A DNA stretch of 63,834 nt, the filler included, from Reticulomyxa filosa (Eukaryota > Protista > Foraminifera): NCBI GenBank assembly GCA_000512085.1. It is 19 parts of 19 records of this genome, joined end to end, with 100 filler letters (N's around TTAATTAATTAA, not from the genome) between each part and the next. Parts side by side here need not be neighbours in the genome. Positions count along the whole stretch, not along the records: positions 6,904 to 12,672 come from ASPP01017786.1; positions 12,773 to 14,864 come from ASPP01018127.1; positions 14,965 to 23,847 come from ASPP01011288.1; positions 23,948 to 25,009 come from ASPP01016343.1; 15 more parts are not named here. One strand, 5' to 3'. Every line of letters begins with the position of its first letter. Position 1 is the first letter of the stretch. Under the pieces are notes generated by a model. That model had not been told where the DNA came from. It did not search any database and worked only from the letters and a program-made list of their open reading frames with translations. Made by a program: the position numbers and the translations under genes. Below, piece by piece: positions 11,840 through 24,905 of the stretch.

Positions 11840-12143
11840 TTAGTTTCAATTATATTTCAACGTTCCACTTTTGAACTTTTCTCTGGTAACCCCAAAAAAA
11901 TTAGTTTTTGACTCAAATAAAAATAACTGCAATTTGAACACATTTCTCATTCTTTGATTTGATCATAAAACAAAAAATAACTAATAAGAATAAGATCTTG
12001 AACAAGACATCATGTATTCTTTGATTATTCCATAAATACTACAGTTAACTTTAAAGAGTTTGTTTTTAATTTTCCAATGAAAAGAACGTTGAAACAGTTT
12101 GAATTGAGTTAATTTTTTGTTGACAAACCCCGAGCGCTGAGTC
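11840..12143. promoter_or_regulatory. Putative short bidirectional promoter between the CAP-Gly gene and PNO1
   Basis: Divergent ATGs at 11839 (-) and 12144 (+), separated by about 300 bp of AT-rich DNA. Confidence 0.45.
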
Positions 12144-12608
12144 ATGTCTAAAGAGAATCCAAGTGTAATGGAAGAAAATTCAAATTTAGTTGCAGACAGT
12201 AAAATAGAAGAAATGACGGATTTACAAAATTATGAAAATGAAGAATTTGCGTTGAACGAGAACGACCAAGAAAAAGACAATGACAACAACAAAGAAGAAG
12301 AACCCACAAAAGAGAAAGAGGAGAGCAAAAAAAAGAAAACAAGTAAACCAAGCAAAGGGAATAACGCAGAAATAACAAAAAAATGGAAAAAAATCGCATC
12401 AATTCCGCTGCCTTCGGAACAGGTGACATTCAAACCGCTGAGTCACAAAAAGCTTGCCATTGGTGAGCGTAGTTATCGAAGCATCAAAGTACCGGGACAC
12501 AGGATGATGCATATGCAAAGACTTTGGAAAGAGATTTGTGACCCCATCATTACACAATTGAAATTACAAATCCGAATGAATTCCAGCAAAAATTTGATCG
12601 AAATTCGA
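12144..12608 (+). CDS. PNO1: Pre-rRNA processing KH-domain protein PNO1/Dim2, first exon (3'-partial)
   Basis: RSIKVPGHRMMHMQRLWKEICDPIITQLKLQIRMNSSKNLIEIR matches the PNO1 N-terminal KH-like motif (RKVxVPxHRxxPLKxxWxxIxxPIVExLKLQIRxN). A GT donor follows. Confidence 0.85.
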
Positions 12609-12849
12609 GTTAACACCAATCAATTAAAAAAATAAATAATAACGAAATTCCGTTAGAGTTTTTTTTTTTTTTNNNNNNNNNNNNNNNNNNNNNNNNNNNN
12701 NNNNNNNNNNNNNNNNTTAATTAATTAANNNNNNNNNNNNNNNNNNNNNNNNNNNNNNNNNNNNNNNNNNNNTATCTAGTTGTTCTGTGCTTGTCTTCTT
12801 TTAAAATACAATTTTTTTTATCTCGATGATGAATGATGTTAAATTAATT

Positions 12850-13915
12850 TTTTTTTTGAGGTTAAATCAGCACTCCAGCAATTACAATCCTTATTGCAAT
12901 CAATTAACCCGACGTTGATTCAGATATGAAATCAACATTGCGAATACCAATGTGCAAGCAGATCAATGATCAGCAGCTATTGGTATTCCAGAACAACATC
13001 AAAGAAAGACATCGATTATAATTTTAAGTATCTTTATGTTCATCACTGGAGTGACAGGAAGATCTGGAGTGTTATGTCGAAGATATTTACATTCATTATC
13101 ACGATCATTCAATATGAATCGTGTTGGGTGGAAATTTCATGTCCTGATCAAAAGAAATCGTTATTATTCTGCAGTTTCTATCGAAATTTGCAGTGTAAAA
13201 CATTCAATATTCGAGCAAGAATTACAATCTGCTATGAAAACGACTGAATACATTATCATTGGAGGAGATTGGAATGCTCATCTGCATGGTTGGATCATAA
13301 CATCGATGATGTGGGTTCAATATCAAAACCACGTGGTCATCACCACGAATCGAACGACAAAGATTGAAACTTGGAATCTGAGAAGTAATAAATGGGAACA
13401 ATTTAGATTGAGATTAAAAAGGAATATTGGTATCAAGACAATTTGTATAAACAACAAGCCATGGTGGAGTGATAAGTCGATTACGAAAGCGAGTTCAAAA
13501 ATCAAAGAACAGATTTTGTAAACAAAAGAACACAAGGAATTTGATGACGTATAAGAGAGTTGCCAAGCAATTACGAAGGAAATTGAATTAGAAAAGCATC
13601 AACATATGGTAGACAGCATTAATTCGCTGCATGAAGGAAACACAGAAATTTATTTACACAATTCAAGGCATTGAATACCAATAAGATATGCAGTATTGGT
13701 GAACAAGGAGACAAGTTCAGTTGCAAGATCAGATATTGATAAAGCATATTTATTGGCAGAGCCACCTCAGCCTCCAAAAGATGTGGATGAGAAGCATTAT
13801 GAACTGGTTGAAGATGATATCAGATTTAAAATGGTGATATCCAAACCATTGGAATTGAATGATTATTTCATTGGTGTGAGTGATATTCATCAAAATGATA
13901 TTACAAAAAGAAGAA
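12850..13915 (+). mobile_element. Degenerate non-LTR retrotransposon ORF2 fragment (APE endonuclease plus linker)
   Basis: Frameshifted pieces: YESCWVEISCP...LLFCSFYRN, EYIIIGGDWNAH (endonuclease GDxNAH motif) and NNKPWWSD (LINE linker PWW motif). Many stops. Confidence 0.75.
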
Positions 13916-13927
13916 GTTCTTTCTTTG

Positions 13928-14125
13928 TCAATTTAATACCAAGCTTTCTCTTGCTTTGCGAATCACATCACATTGCAATGAACCGCTTGGGTGTTGCTTT
14001 CGGCATAACACATTTGTGTTTGCTTGGGTCATTTTATATCGACATTTTGCCGCTTCGTGATTTTCCAATCCGCAATACTTGCATACGTTGCGCTTTTTTG
14101 AACAATATGGTAGCATTTCCTGCAT
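13928..14125 (-). mobile_element. Gag/ORF1-like zinc-knuckle remnant
   Basis: CKYCGLENHEAAKC (CX2CX4HX4C) followed by LCRKQHPSGSLQC, typical of tandem LINE ORF1 knuckles. Confidence 0.65.
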
Positions 14126-14414
14126 CGCTTGTTTTTTTTTTTTTTAGATGAAAAGAATGTAATTTGTTAAATTGACATATTGTAAAACAAGCACCTCACT
14201 CAAGATTGAATACAGTACTAAATAATACAATACGTTACAAAGAGTAACCAACAAATAACATCAATGCTTCAACATTGAAGCAATAATTTTACTTTAAAAT
14301 TTGTTTTGGTGAAAATAAAGCTTGTATCATTTATATCAATTAAATTAAAGTGCATGAAAGTCTAACAAACTTAAATTAAACTATTGCACCAACAAACAAA
14401 AATTTGTTGAAGTC

Positions 14415-14515
14415 TGAGCCTTTGGGGGCCTTTTCGTTGGTTTTCGGGCCTTTGGGGCCTTTTTGCTGCTTTCCTGGCCTTTCGGGGCCTTTTCGTTTCT
14501 TTCCGGGCCTTGTTC
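14415..14515. repeat. Degenerate ~30-bp tandem repeat (about 3 units)
   Basis: gcctttgggggccttttcgttggttttcgg / gcctttggggcctttttgctgctttcctg / gcctttcggggccttttcgtttctttccgg. Confidence 0.7.
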
Positions 14516-15178
14516 GTAGCCTCGCGTACTTTTGGCGGGTACGTGTTTGTGAAATGAGATGCCTAGCCTCGATGAGGGGAAGTATTTTGGCATTTCTGTC
14601 ACTCCCTTCCGCGCAGGCATTTACCCCTGCTGACTTTTAGTTGTCGAATGGTTCCACTTTCATCCAATATGAATATCATTGTCTTTCAGGATTAGTCACT
14701 GCTTCTTCACGCTTTCCTTTTGTTCAGCAGCGAATGTCTTTCGATAAGAATGCGTTGCCCAGAAAAGTATTAGCGCATACATTTTCTGGAAATTTCAGGA
14801 CATTATTTGTTCATTTTGCAGTTGAGTTAATGATCGACAACTAACTCAACTAGCTGGACAAATANNNNNNNNNNNNNNNNNNNNNNNNNNNNNNNNNNNN
14901 NNNNNNNNTTAATTAATTAANNNNNNNNNNNNNNNNNNNNNNNNNNNNNNNNNNNNNNNNNNNNTTTTTTTTTTTTTTTTTTTTTTTGCATATTACTTCA
15001 TACGTGTACGGCACTGATTAAAAAAAAATTCATAACAGTCTCTTTTAAAATTTATTTGTTTGTTTTATCCTCTCTTTCTCTCCCCTCTCCCCTCCCCCTT
15101 TTCTTACTCGGCACAAAGATTAAGAAATATAGTATACGTGTTTTTCCATTGATTATATACAGTTGGGCTTATGCATAC

Positions 15179-15348
15179 CTCAACGATAATGAAAAAGGAA
15201 TCACCGGCTTCACCTTCTTTCATCAATGTTTGACCGGTTTTGAATTGCACTTTCACCAAGTTCTCTCCCAGTGTCTTCTTTTGAGATTTACTCAAACTGG
15301 AGAGTAACGGAACACTATTCAGGACCTGGTTCACATCGAAACTCTCGC
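15179..15348 (-). CDS. Cyclic-nucleotide-binding domain exon (PKG / PKA-R-like), 3'-partial gene
   Basis: VLNSVPLLSSLSKSQKKTLGENLVKVQFKTGQTLMKEGEAGDSFFIIVE is the start of a cNMP-binding domain. It is bounded by an AG acceptor and a GTATGC donor. Confidence 0.8.
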
Positions 15349-16315
15349 CTGTATCGTGTCGGTTATATGGTTGTTTGTTTTTGTGTCAACCGCTTGACTC
15401 TTCTACTTTCTCAAACGTATGTTTTCCTCCCCACTGTTTCTAAACTCATGTCTCACGTTTTCTTCCAGGATCAATGAAAGAAAAACAATAGTGGAGATGT
15501 TTTTTATTATCACAATACAAAATAATTTTAAATTGATTCCTTTTAATACAAAAAAAAAAACAGAGCAACGAAGCAACACATCTCGCTTCTGTAGTGTAGT
15601 CACAGCTTTTTTAAATTCTACTTGAAATATAATCAGTATTTTGCTGGCTTTAACAAAATGTAAGATGCCAACTATAACAAACTCATAATTTTTTAATCAT
15701 TCATTCTGAAAAATAATTTTGAAGGATGTAATCCTACTTTGTTAGGGAGTCTGTAATAGAAAAAATTTCAATTAATTGATTGCCGCTTGATTGAAAAGAT
15801 ATTTTTCAAAAACTATGAAATCACAATTCTTTGGCAGATTTCAAAAGCTCTTTAGTGATTGCAGACTACTATACGGCAAGCCTATTTGTTCCAAGAGAAC
15901 TTCGAAGTTTCTTTCGCTAAACTTCTTAACTTTACTTTCTGTTCGTTTTCTGTGTTTTGACTAATGTTTTTATCATTTGATTATTCAGTTAAACTTTGTT
16001 TTTTTTGGTTTTAATCACAAGAGTATGCTTTCGTATTACAGTTACTGTTAGTAGCTCTGTCCTGTTGTGAGCATGCCTGCACTTTATTTTCTTACAAAGT
16101 GCTCTGCGTACCTCAAAAACTGTTTTATCAGCACATGCAAGTCTTCCTAAGCTGAATTTAGCAATGCGTACAAATATTGCTTTGTTTTCAAACACAGATT
16201 TACAATATTTGTGATTAAAGTTTGCTTTAAAAACTGAAGAGTTCACTGAAAAACAGGTTTGTTTAGTTTTGAGGATTTATCGTGTTTAACATTTTGGGCT
16301 TAGGAAAGAACAATT

Positions 16316-17905
16316 ATGGCGTTTGCAGATACAGAGGCCTATTTTTTGCTTAGCTATGTTCTCTACTGTCTGGGTGTGAGCATCATGCCTTTCAGTTTTT
16401 TTGCAGAGTTTGGAAACTCGTTCAAAAAATGGAGATCGTCCGCAGACACTCCAGCAAAGTTGATATGGGTGATAACACCCTTGTCCATTTTCTTTTATTG
16501 GCTGACCGCTTTTTTGGCATTAATGACGCGTGTAACCACCAAATCTGAAAAACAGCCACAACTGTTATGTGCGATTTTGTGTGACGGTGCTGCCGTATCG
16601 TATAACTTTGCAAAAGGTATGTTTCCTACGGCTTCAAAAAAAAAAACTTATAACACATTTTTTTTTTTTTGGAATAATCAAAAAAAAGAGGATTAAAAAA
16701 ATCCGAAAGAGAGGTGAGGAGGATTATATATACATAAATACATTATATATGTAACATGTGAGCCCCAATAAAGGATGCACAAACATACTGTAAAACCAAG
16801 AGAAACAGGGGGGGGGGTGTGGATTTCGAAAACATTGATGATATTTAATTGATAGCGCTAATGTATACAATAATGGTTTCAAGAATGTTCGTGGTATATA
16901 AAGAGAGTACATTTAAACTGAGTGTACGTTTTTTGGGTGGGATGATCTTGTACATTTGCGTCGTGATTATTGGAAACTTTGTCCACATCGTTGGATTTGC
17001 CAATGTGATTCAAGTGAAGCTTCATCTGGACCATACTATCAAATACACATGCACCGCAGAGTTTAATTTCTATGGGATTGTTTGGACCGCTGTCAATGAT
17101 TTGATCTTATTTGTCACGACAATATTTTTATTTATCCAAGTGTTTTGAACAACAAATTTCTATTCCTTTTACACACATAAATATATACATGTATGTATAT
17201 ATGTATATACATGTGTATCGTGTGTATATTTACCTAGTTTTTAAAATTTATGTCGATTTATGTTGTACATTTTCTTTGTTGAATTGCAAATCTACTAAGC
17301 GAGGATGACATAACTTTGAATAAATTTTTTTTTTTTTTTTTTAAAAAAAAATGACGAGAAAAAAAAAAAATAAAAAAATAAATAAAATAGAAATAATGTC
17401 ACAACATTTATATACGATACACGTGCATGATATTAAACAGCGTTTATGCAAGTTGAGCGCGATAACCGAACACGATAATGCTCGATTGAAAATGTATGAC
17501 TTGGCAGTGAAATACACGCTGCTGGGAGTGCTGACGGCGAGCATTTCTTTCATTACATTGGTATGTGTTGGACTGCTACGTATGGACTGTCTGTCGGCAG
17601 TGGATGGCATTGTTGCGTCGGTATGCTTGACGCTGATGAGCAAGAGTTACGATAGTTGCTATCGCCGAACTTGCTGTTGTTGTCTATATATGGTGTTTGG
17701 CAGAGACTTCAAATCCATTGAAGATATCATCTCCAACGATCCCGGCAAACACTTGCGACGTCTAGGTACCGCCACTGCCGCTCTGAGCACAAGTGGTATG
17801 AGTCCGAGGTCCCAAAAATCAACCTCGTTCAAAGGTCATCGTAGTGAGTCACGAACCAAATCTGGCGTGGAAGAAGTACAAGATATTGACACACAGACTG
17901 GTTAA
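16316..17905 (+). CDS. Multi-pass membrane protein, probably 7TM/GPCR-like (3 exons)
   Basis: About 7 hydrophobic segments across ORFs 16316, 16849 and 17351. Cys residues in extracellular-loop positions (LLCAIL; YTCTAEF), a CCCC cluster after the last TM and a Ser/Thr-rich tail. Confidence 0.6.
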
Positions 17906-18527
17906 AAATACTTGCAAAATCTAAAACTGACTACTCTTTTTTTTTTTTTTTTGGCTCTGTATGTGCTGTGTGTGTGCGTGGAATTATTTAATGTACAGGG
18001 GATACTACGAAAACTGGAAGTACTGGAAAACAACTCCGTGGTACTGGACATACCATGGATCATATTGATGCAGAAAGCCAAATCGAAATGCCAGCTTCAA
18101 GTGGAAATTAATTTCACAAATCTTTTTGTTTGTGTGCTTTTGTGGGACGAATTGAAGACATTGTTTTATGGCATGTTTAGTTTTTTTGATTTTTTTTTGT
18201 CTGGTGACATTGGAAAACATATTGTAAATCCTTTTGCTAAATATCTATAATATTTGTTTGTTTCTTTTGTTCCATTTGTTTGTTTTTTATTCCAATGTAA
18301 AATTAAGATATTCCATGATTTTCAAGTTTTTACTCGACATGTGTTTGAAAAACGATAAAAATGTGAATTTAAAAGTTTGTTGGTATTTTTTCATTAACAC
18401 GATATTGTAATGCATAATACGATTCGGACAGCGTAAGGACAACGCAAACAAAAGGGTCGCTCCAAAATTGGTTCAAAGAAAAAACTCTTATGCATTCTTT
18501 CTAGTTTGATTGTTTATTATACATAAA

Positions 18528-20123
18528 ATGGGCATTACGAATTATTTCAGCAGATGGAACTCACTATTGTTTTAGTGGTGATAATTTCATGTTACTCATT
18601 TTTTTGGGCGGACGGTTTGGGAGTCAGTTGGCTCAGGCAACAGTAACAAAAGTTGAGTTTGAGGAGAAGAGAGAGACCCATTTTGTGGATAGGATTGAAT
18701 TATCAGATCAAATAAAACGTATAAATGAAGTATATCGTAGTGCGTTTAATTGGACTTATCAATTGAATGCAGATTCAATTAGTCAGAAGAAAAAACGCAT
18801 AGCATTGCTGACTTGTGTAGTGTCGAAAGATCAGGCTTATGACTTACGTGCATTACAACTGTATTACAACAGTAAGTTAATGTATGCACATCACCATAAG
18901 TACGAGTTAATAATAGATACGTTTGATTACTTATCGAATTTCAATCAAAGCAGAACAGAGGTATTTTACGTGAGCGATCAAAATAAAAACACGTCACATT
19001 GTGAAATTATCAATTATTTTGAGCACGGATATGCATGTATACCAAGAGGATCAAGATTGAATTCCGATCCAAACTACAGAGCCAAAGCACAGGAGTACAA
19101 TTGGAGGATCACTTGGGACTGTGACAACGTGACTATTGCTATCACAAACCATTGGAATAAGGTCTTGTCTTTGATCTATTGGAGTAAGTACTTTGACACC
19201 GTTGTCTGGTTGGATGACGATGTTGTGATTGGAAATGTTATGAACACCCCAATTCATCATTGGTTTAACCAAATGAAGTTTCTCCTTTTTTTTTTTTTTT
19301 TTAAAAAAAAAAAAGGAAACTTGGGTAGCTAATGTTGTTTCATAAAAAAAAAAAAAAAAAAAATTATACGTATACACCAGAAATAATGGGACAAATGTAA
19401 CAAAGCCTTATTTATTCTTGCCATATGATCACACGGAGCATTTGACTTTTTCAAATTTTGCATTTATTGTCAACACAAGCACGGCTTCGGAGGGAAGAGG
19501 ATTCTTAATGCGTTGGTATGAAAACCGAAAATTACCGGGTGAGTTGATCGTATACATGTACATGGATGTATGTCTTTTGTTCAATAATAAATTGACTTGT
19601 GTGTGTGTTTTTTTTTTTTGGGTCCTTCTACATGCATGTTCGCGAACGGGTGAAACTAGCGACCTACTTTGATCAAGGGGTATTGTATGTTACAATTTTG
19701 GAATATGCGCGGGGCTATCTTATCCGTTTGGTAAATAGCAGCAATGTCAGTAGTCAAAAGAAAATTCTACTTCAAAATAGTGTTCGATGTATTGACTCTT
19801 GCGTTTATTGCTTTATGCATGATTGTATAACCACGTGCCTTCCCATGGCCTTGGTGGCAAGAACTATCCATTCTCAATACTTGCCCATTATCTTTCTTCC
19901 AATGCTCTCAGAGCGACCAAAATTTGATGTACAAGCCAATTGGGGATTATCCGATGATTTTAAAATTGAGAAAACGGTTAACGACACATTACTGATCCAT
20001 CTACGTGCACAAAATGATCCAATGTCTACCACAGCAAAAATCTACAATTTCTACAAATCTTTTATGCAGCCCACTATCGATCGTTATTTGCATATGAATA
20101 ATTTGATCGAAAAGTCTCAATAA
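18528..20123 (+). CDS. Putative type II membrane glycosyltransferase (GT34/MNN10-like GT-A fold)
   Basis: N-terminal TM segment (frameshift in poly-T at ~18600), KLMYAHHHKYEL, HWNKVLSL, FDTVVWLDDDVVI (DxD motif), FSNFAFIV, FLMRWY and YFDQGVL, in the order typical of GT34. Confidence 0.65.
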
Positions 20124-21834
20124 TAAACAAAAAAAAAATAAAAAAATTGATATAAAAGGAAATTCAACTTTGAAAAATATGTAAAAAAAAACCGAATAAA
20201 ATGATTATATTGCACAACACACAAAAAATACCTTTCAAAATAAATATTTTTGAAATTTCAATGCAACAACTTTTCAAAAAAAAAAATTTAATGAATTTAT
20301 TTTATCATATTTCCTTTTTTTCGCAATATTTCGCTAAATAAAAAAAACTTGATAATTATTTAATCACACCTGCATACTTTATTATACTTCAAAATTCTGA
20401 ATTGTTTTAATTTGAAATTTTTACTTTCATTAATATTATATACAAATCATACATATCATGTATATGCAATAAGCATTCCACTCTGGCACCACTCCATATC
20501 ATGTATCCAGCAATTTGGAATACTGTATTTATCAATTTAACATCAGTAATATCTTCATTTTTTCATCAAGTATATATTCTTAATATGTTAATAGTCGCAT
20601 TTAAAATTATAGTTAATCTTTACAATTCAAAACATTTTGTAGAAAAATCAGTAGATTAAAGTATGACACTGAGCAATCAAGTAAATCATACAAAATAAAA
20701 ATCGATAATTGATAGTAAATTAATTAATTAAAATTTGCTGATTAACGAAATGAATTTAGCTTGAAGAATATGATAAAGACATAATTGATTATAAAACTAC
20801 TTAAAACTTAATAATATATTTGATAAATAAATGTTGATTTGTTTTAGATTTCATTGAAGCAGAAAACAAAGATATATAATTAGTTAAATCATTGTGACAT
20901 TTGGTAAGTAATGACTAAATATAAAATACAAGTATAATATAACTTTATTATGTCAGTGTCAAAACATAATGAAAATTGATAAATATATTATATATTTAAT
21001 ACAAAATTTTGTTAATGAAATAAAAAATTGATAATTTAAATAATTTGAATGAAGAAATAATATATAAATTTTAAATTAATGTATTTATAATAAAAAAATT
21101 TATTATAGTGATTTAATCTTAGTACTGATTAACAACTAGTATCAGTTTAAGATTTAACACATAACAACAAATTAATATAATTACATATATGTAAATATAT
21201 ATAAACTTTATTGTTCAATTTAAACTGACATTATATTATTGACTATCATTTTCAATATACAATTATCTAAAATCAGCAATGCATTTTCATAAATATAATT
21301 ATATGATATAGTATTAAAGCAATATACATGTATATAATATGCATATATGTAATATTGTAGTTTAGAAAATATCACTAAATATATACATACAAAAGAAATT
21401 CTAGATCAAAGAACGACACATATATGTTTTTATAGCGTTGAATATGATTGAGATCTTCGACGTTAGCGATATGTATTATAAATATTTTTCAATATTTTTA
21501 TAAAATTTATTTCTTTTTCAATAATTCACAATATAAAGTCATAGTATTGGTAAAACTGCATATAATAGTATGTTCGATAAACATTTGGATATTGTGGAGA
21601 TAAGTTGAAATTTGATATTCACGTTACTATATTGATAAATACAAGTACTCTTTGATCAAATCTGCCACAAAGTATTCGTTGGAATTTCGTCTTTTGCCTA
21701 GGTCGCTGGAGCCAATGCTGATGTCACTATATATGTTCACATTCAAGTCTCCAAGTCATTTGTTATTCAGATTTTGATATTTTCATTGCTTAAGTCTATA
21801 GTATATACTTTTTCTAATCATTAATGAATTTGTT

Positions 21835-23141
21835 TTATTTAAAATTCAAATTGACAAACAATGTAGCCACATTCATTGTATATGTATTATAAATAAACAT
21901 ATATATGATATATGAAATATAACTGGAGTGTTCAAATTGACATATATTGGACATTGACTTGTGATAGAAGCTCGATTTCATGAATGAGTTGTTGTAGTTC
22001 ACCTTGTAGTTCTGAGCGGCCAATAGCACCACTTCATTGGATATTGTTTTCGTGGCCTCGACATATTCCGATATTTCATCTTGTGACACAAGCAAAGCAA
22101 TGATGATTTTAATACAAGATAAAGTATATATATGTACATATAAACTTGTTCTTGCAATTTTTTATAAGCCAATTCAAAGGCAGCCGATTCATCCAACTTT
22201 CATAAAATTGATTTTGTTCTTTCAATAAGTCGTCAGTCCGTTTCATTTCCTCTTCCAACTGCATTTTCAGTTCTTGTTCTATCTTCATCGCGTGCAGCGC
22301 ATTGTTCGGCGTGTCAGGCGCGCCGGGCACGTCCGATGCCTCTCGAGCTTCGTGCGTGTCACGTGCATCTCCTGGTGCGCATATTGTGTAATCCACGGGG
22401 TTGATATTCGCCAACATATCACTGTTGTTGTACTTGTGTTCAATCAAGCATTAAAGTGATTACATTTTGTTTTTTTTATAAAAAAAAAAGTAAACATATA
22501 ACACATATACATATACCAAAGCCTTTTCTTTGAGTTGTGATAAGTGCTGTTGCTCCGTCACTTGAGATGCCTTTTCTTTGATCATCAAGTCCTGTTGCAG
22601 TTGGATTACCATTTGTGTATGCTCTTCCAAACTCGATTGCAGTTGTTGGAAGTCCTTTTCATATCGGTCTTCGATCGTTGTCAACTTTGATCGTAACTCG
22701 TGACTCTCACTTTGTACCATTGATAAGTGGTCTTCCAAACTTGCACAATGGGTTTTCAACTTTTTTTTTTTTGGTGCTTGTCTCCTCCCCCTTTTTTTTT
22801 TTAATGATCTCAACTTTGGAATTGGCAATGTTCAATTGGTCTGTAATTTCCAATGCCGATTGAAACTGACTCTCTTTTTGCTGCACCAGCTTTTGTAACC
22901 GATCCAACTCTTTTTGTGCTCGCATGTCCACTGACACTCTTGTTAATTCGCCCATCGCTTGCGGGTTGTTTGCTGCCAATAGTGCCAGGCTTGACATCGT
23001 GTGGTGAGATGGCGTCCCGCTGTCCGTACGGATATGAGACGCACTTGCGCCATTTTTTGCTTCTTTTTTCTGACGTTTAAATTTTCTTGCTATTGCTGTT
23101 TTCTGAGGATTGCTTGTATCTTTCGAAGACCCGCTCATCAT
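21835..23141 (-). CDS. Hypothetical coiled-coil protein (multi-exon; 3' end uncertain)
   Basis: Consecutive minus-strand ORFs 22707-23141, 22460-22828, 22109-22447 and 21835-22095 with heptad Q/E/L-rich sequence, separated by typical introns. Confidence 0.55.
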
Positions 23142-23947
23142 TCACCACTACGTTCACTCTTTTTTAATTCCCCTCTTTTCTTCCTAGGAGGAGCAAAATC
23201 ATTCTGTTTCATGATTTACCTTGTTGGATCACAATATTTTTTACAAATATAAAAATAACATTACTAAACTACTTTTTACAAGTTGAGAATGTCTATTTTC
23301 TATTACACATAGTGCCAATTATCAGTTACAAAATTATGCATTAATCTCACACAAAAAAAATAAACAATTGAAAATTAGTAGAAAAACATTTTTTCTCTAT
23401 TTTATCCAATTTTTTGCTCTTTTTAGCACTAATTAAACTTATACTTATCAAAGTTTTTATTTTAATTTAAGCAATACTATCTTCATTTTTACGCGTCACT
23501 AAAACGTTATGACATCACTTCACGTAACGAGTGACATTTTATTTTTTAGTTCTGGAAGTTAACTTAGCCAGTTATCTTTATTTAAAAGAGAAAACCTTGG
23601 TCAGTAGTACAATTATCCAGTGTGATAAACTTTAACAATGGTATGAATAAAAAAAGTATCTGTTTACATTGTTATCGAGAAAGTGTACAATCAAATGCTG
23701 TAATTATAGCCTAAAGCTACCACTTGCAAGCAAGCACTTGAAAATTGGGTAAGATGCTTTTTATTAAACACAATCCTTTCACTCAAATTTTATTTTATTT
23801 TTGAATTGTTAAACAAATGTGAATACTTTTAAAAACAAAAAGAAAAANNNNNNNNNNNNNNNNNNNNNNNNNNNNNNNNNNNNNNNNNNNNTTAATTAAT
23901 TAANNNNNNNNNNNNNNNNNNNNNNNNNNNNNNNNNNNNNNNNNNNN

Positions 23948-24126
23948 TCGGCTTCGGCAAGGTTCTGTTCGGCCACCAGCACTTCGCGCTGGAGATGGGC
24001 CATGGCCAACAGGCCGCGATCACCGTTCACCAGATGGTACCCGAAATAACCGAATACCGTGGCGAAGATGACGGGAGCCAGAATCTGACGCGGTCTCAAC
24101 AACATATGCTGCGTTCCTGCAGGCAT
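23948..24126 (-). CDS. ftsB: Bacterial septum formation initiator FtsB/DivIC (3'-partial)
   Basis: RQILAPVIFATVFGYFGYHLVNGDRGLLAMAHLQREV..: TM helix, GDRG turn and start of a coiled coil, in alphaproteobacterial style. The contig is GC-rich. Confidence 0.8.
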
Positions 24127-24190
24127 ATGGCAACATATTGTGGCCTCGCGTCAAGAATTTTCCATCAAAAAGGCGCGGCGCGAAGCCGAG

Positions 24191-24905
24191 TTAGTTCTTC
24201 GCCAGAGCGATCCGCATTCGCCTGTTGTGACGGCCCTTGTTCTCGATCTTGAGGATGCGGACCGGCGGCGAATTGCCGGTCGACGCGAGATGTGTGCCGC
24301 CGCACGCCTGACGATCCAGCCCGACGATCTCGACAACCCGGATCTTGCCGTCCGGCGTCGGCGGCGGGGCACCGAACGGCTGCGGATCAGACCGTGCTCG
24401 GCGTGTGCCTCGTGCATCGGCACGTAGACGAAGTTCACCGCCAGATCCTGGCGGATCGCCTCGTTGATCGGGTCTTCCAACGCGCGCAGCCGGTCATTAT
24501 CGGCGTCGGCAGGTCGAAATCCATGCGGGCGCTGCCGTCCTCGGCCATCTGCACACCGGTCACCAGCGCACCGTCGAACGCCGTAAACACCAGTGCGTTC
24601 AGGATGTGCGTCGCGGTGTGGAGCTGCCGCATGGTCAGGCGAAAATCCGCATCGACGGCCGCTTCGAGCGCGCCGCTCACCTCGGTTTCGATGTCGAGCA
24701 GGTGCCACAGCTTGCCGGCCGAGGTTTCGAAACCCGTGACCTTCGCCTCGCCGCCCTGCCAGCGGACGACGCCGCGGTCGGCGAGCTGGCCCCCGCCGCC
24801 CGGATAGAACGGCGACCGGGCGAGAACAATCCTGCCCGGCCGTGCGTCGACGACCTCGGTCTCGATGGAGAGCGTTTCGGGCTGCTCGTGACAAAACAGA
24901 TGCAT
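24191..24905 (-). CDS. alaX: Bacterial alanyl-tRNA editing protein AlaX (AlaX-M), two apparent frameshifts (~24500, ~24370)
   Basis: SPFYPGGGGQLADRG, MRQLHTATHIL (HxxxH) and ARMDF. In other frames: DADNDRLRALEDPINEAI and IRVVEIVGLDRQACGGTH (CxxxH)...KIENKGRHNRRMRIALAKN*. Confidence 0.88.
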
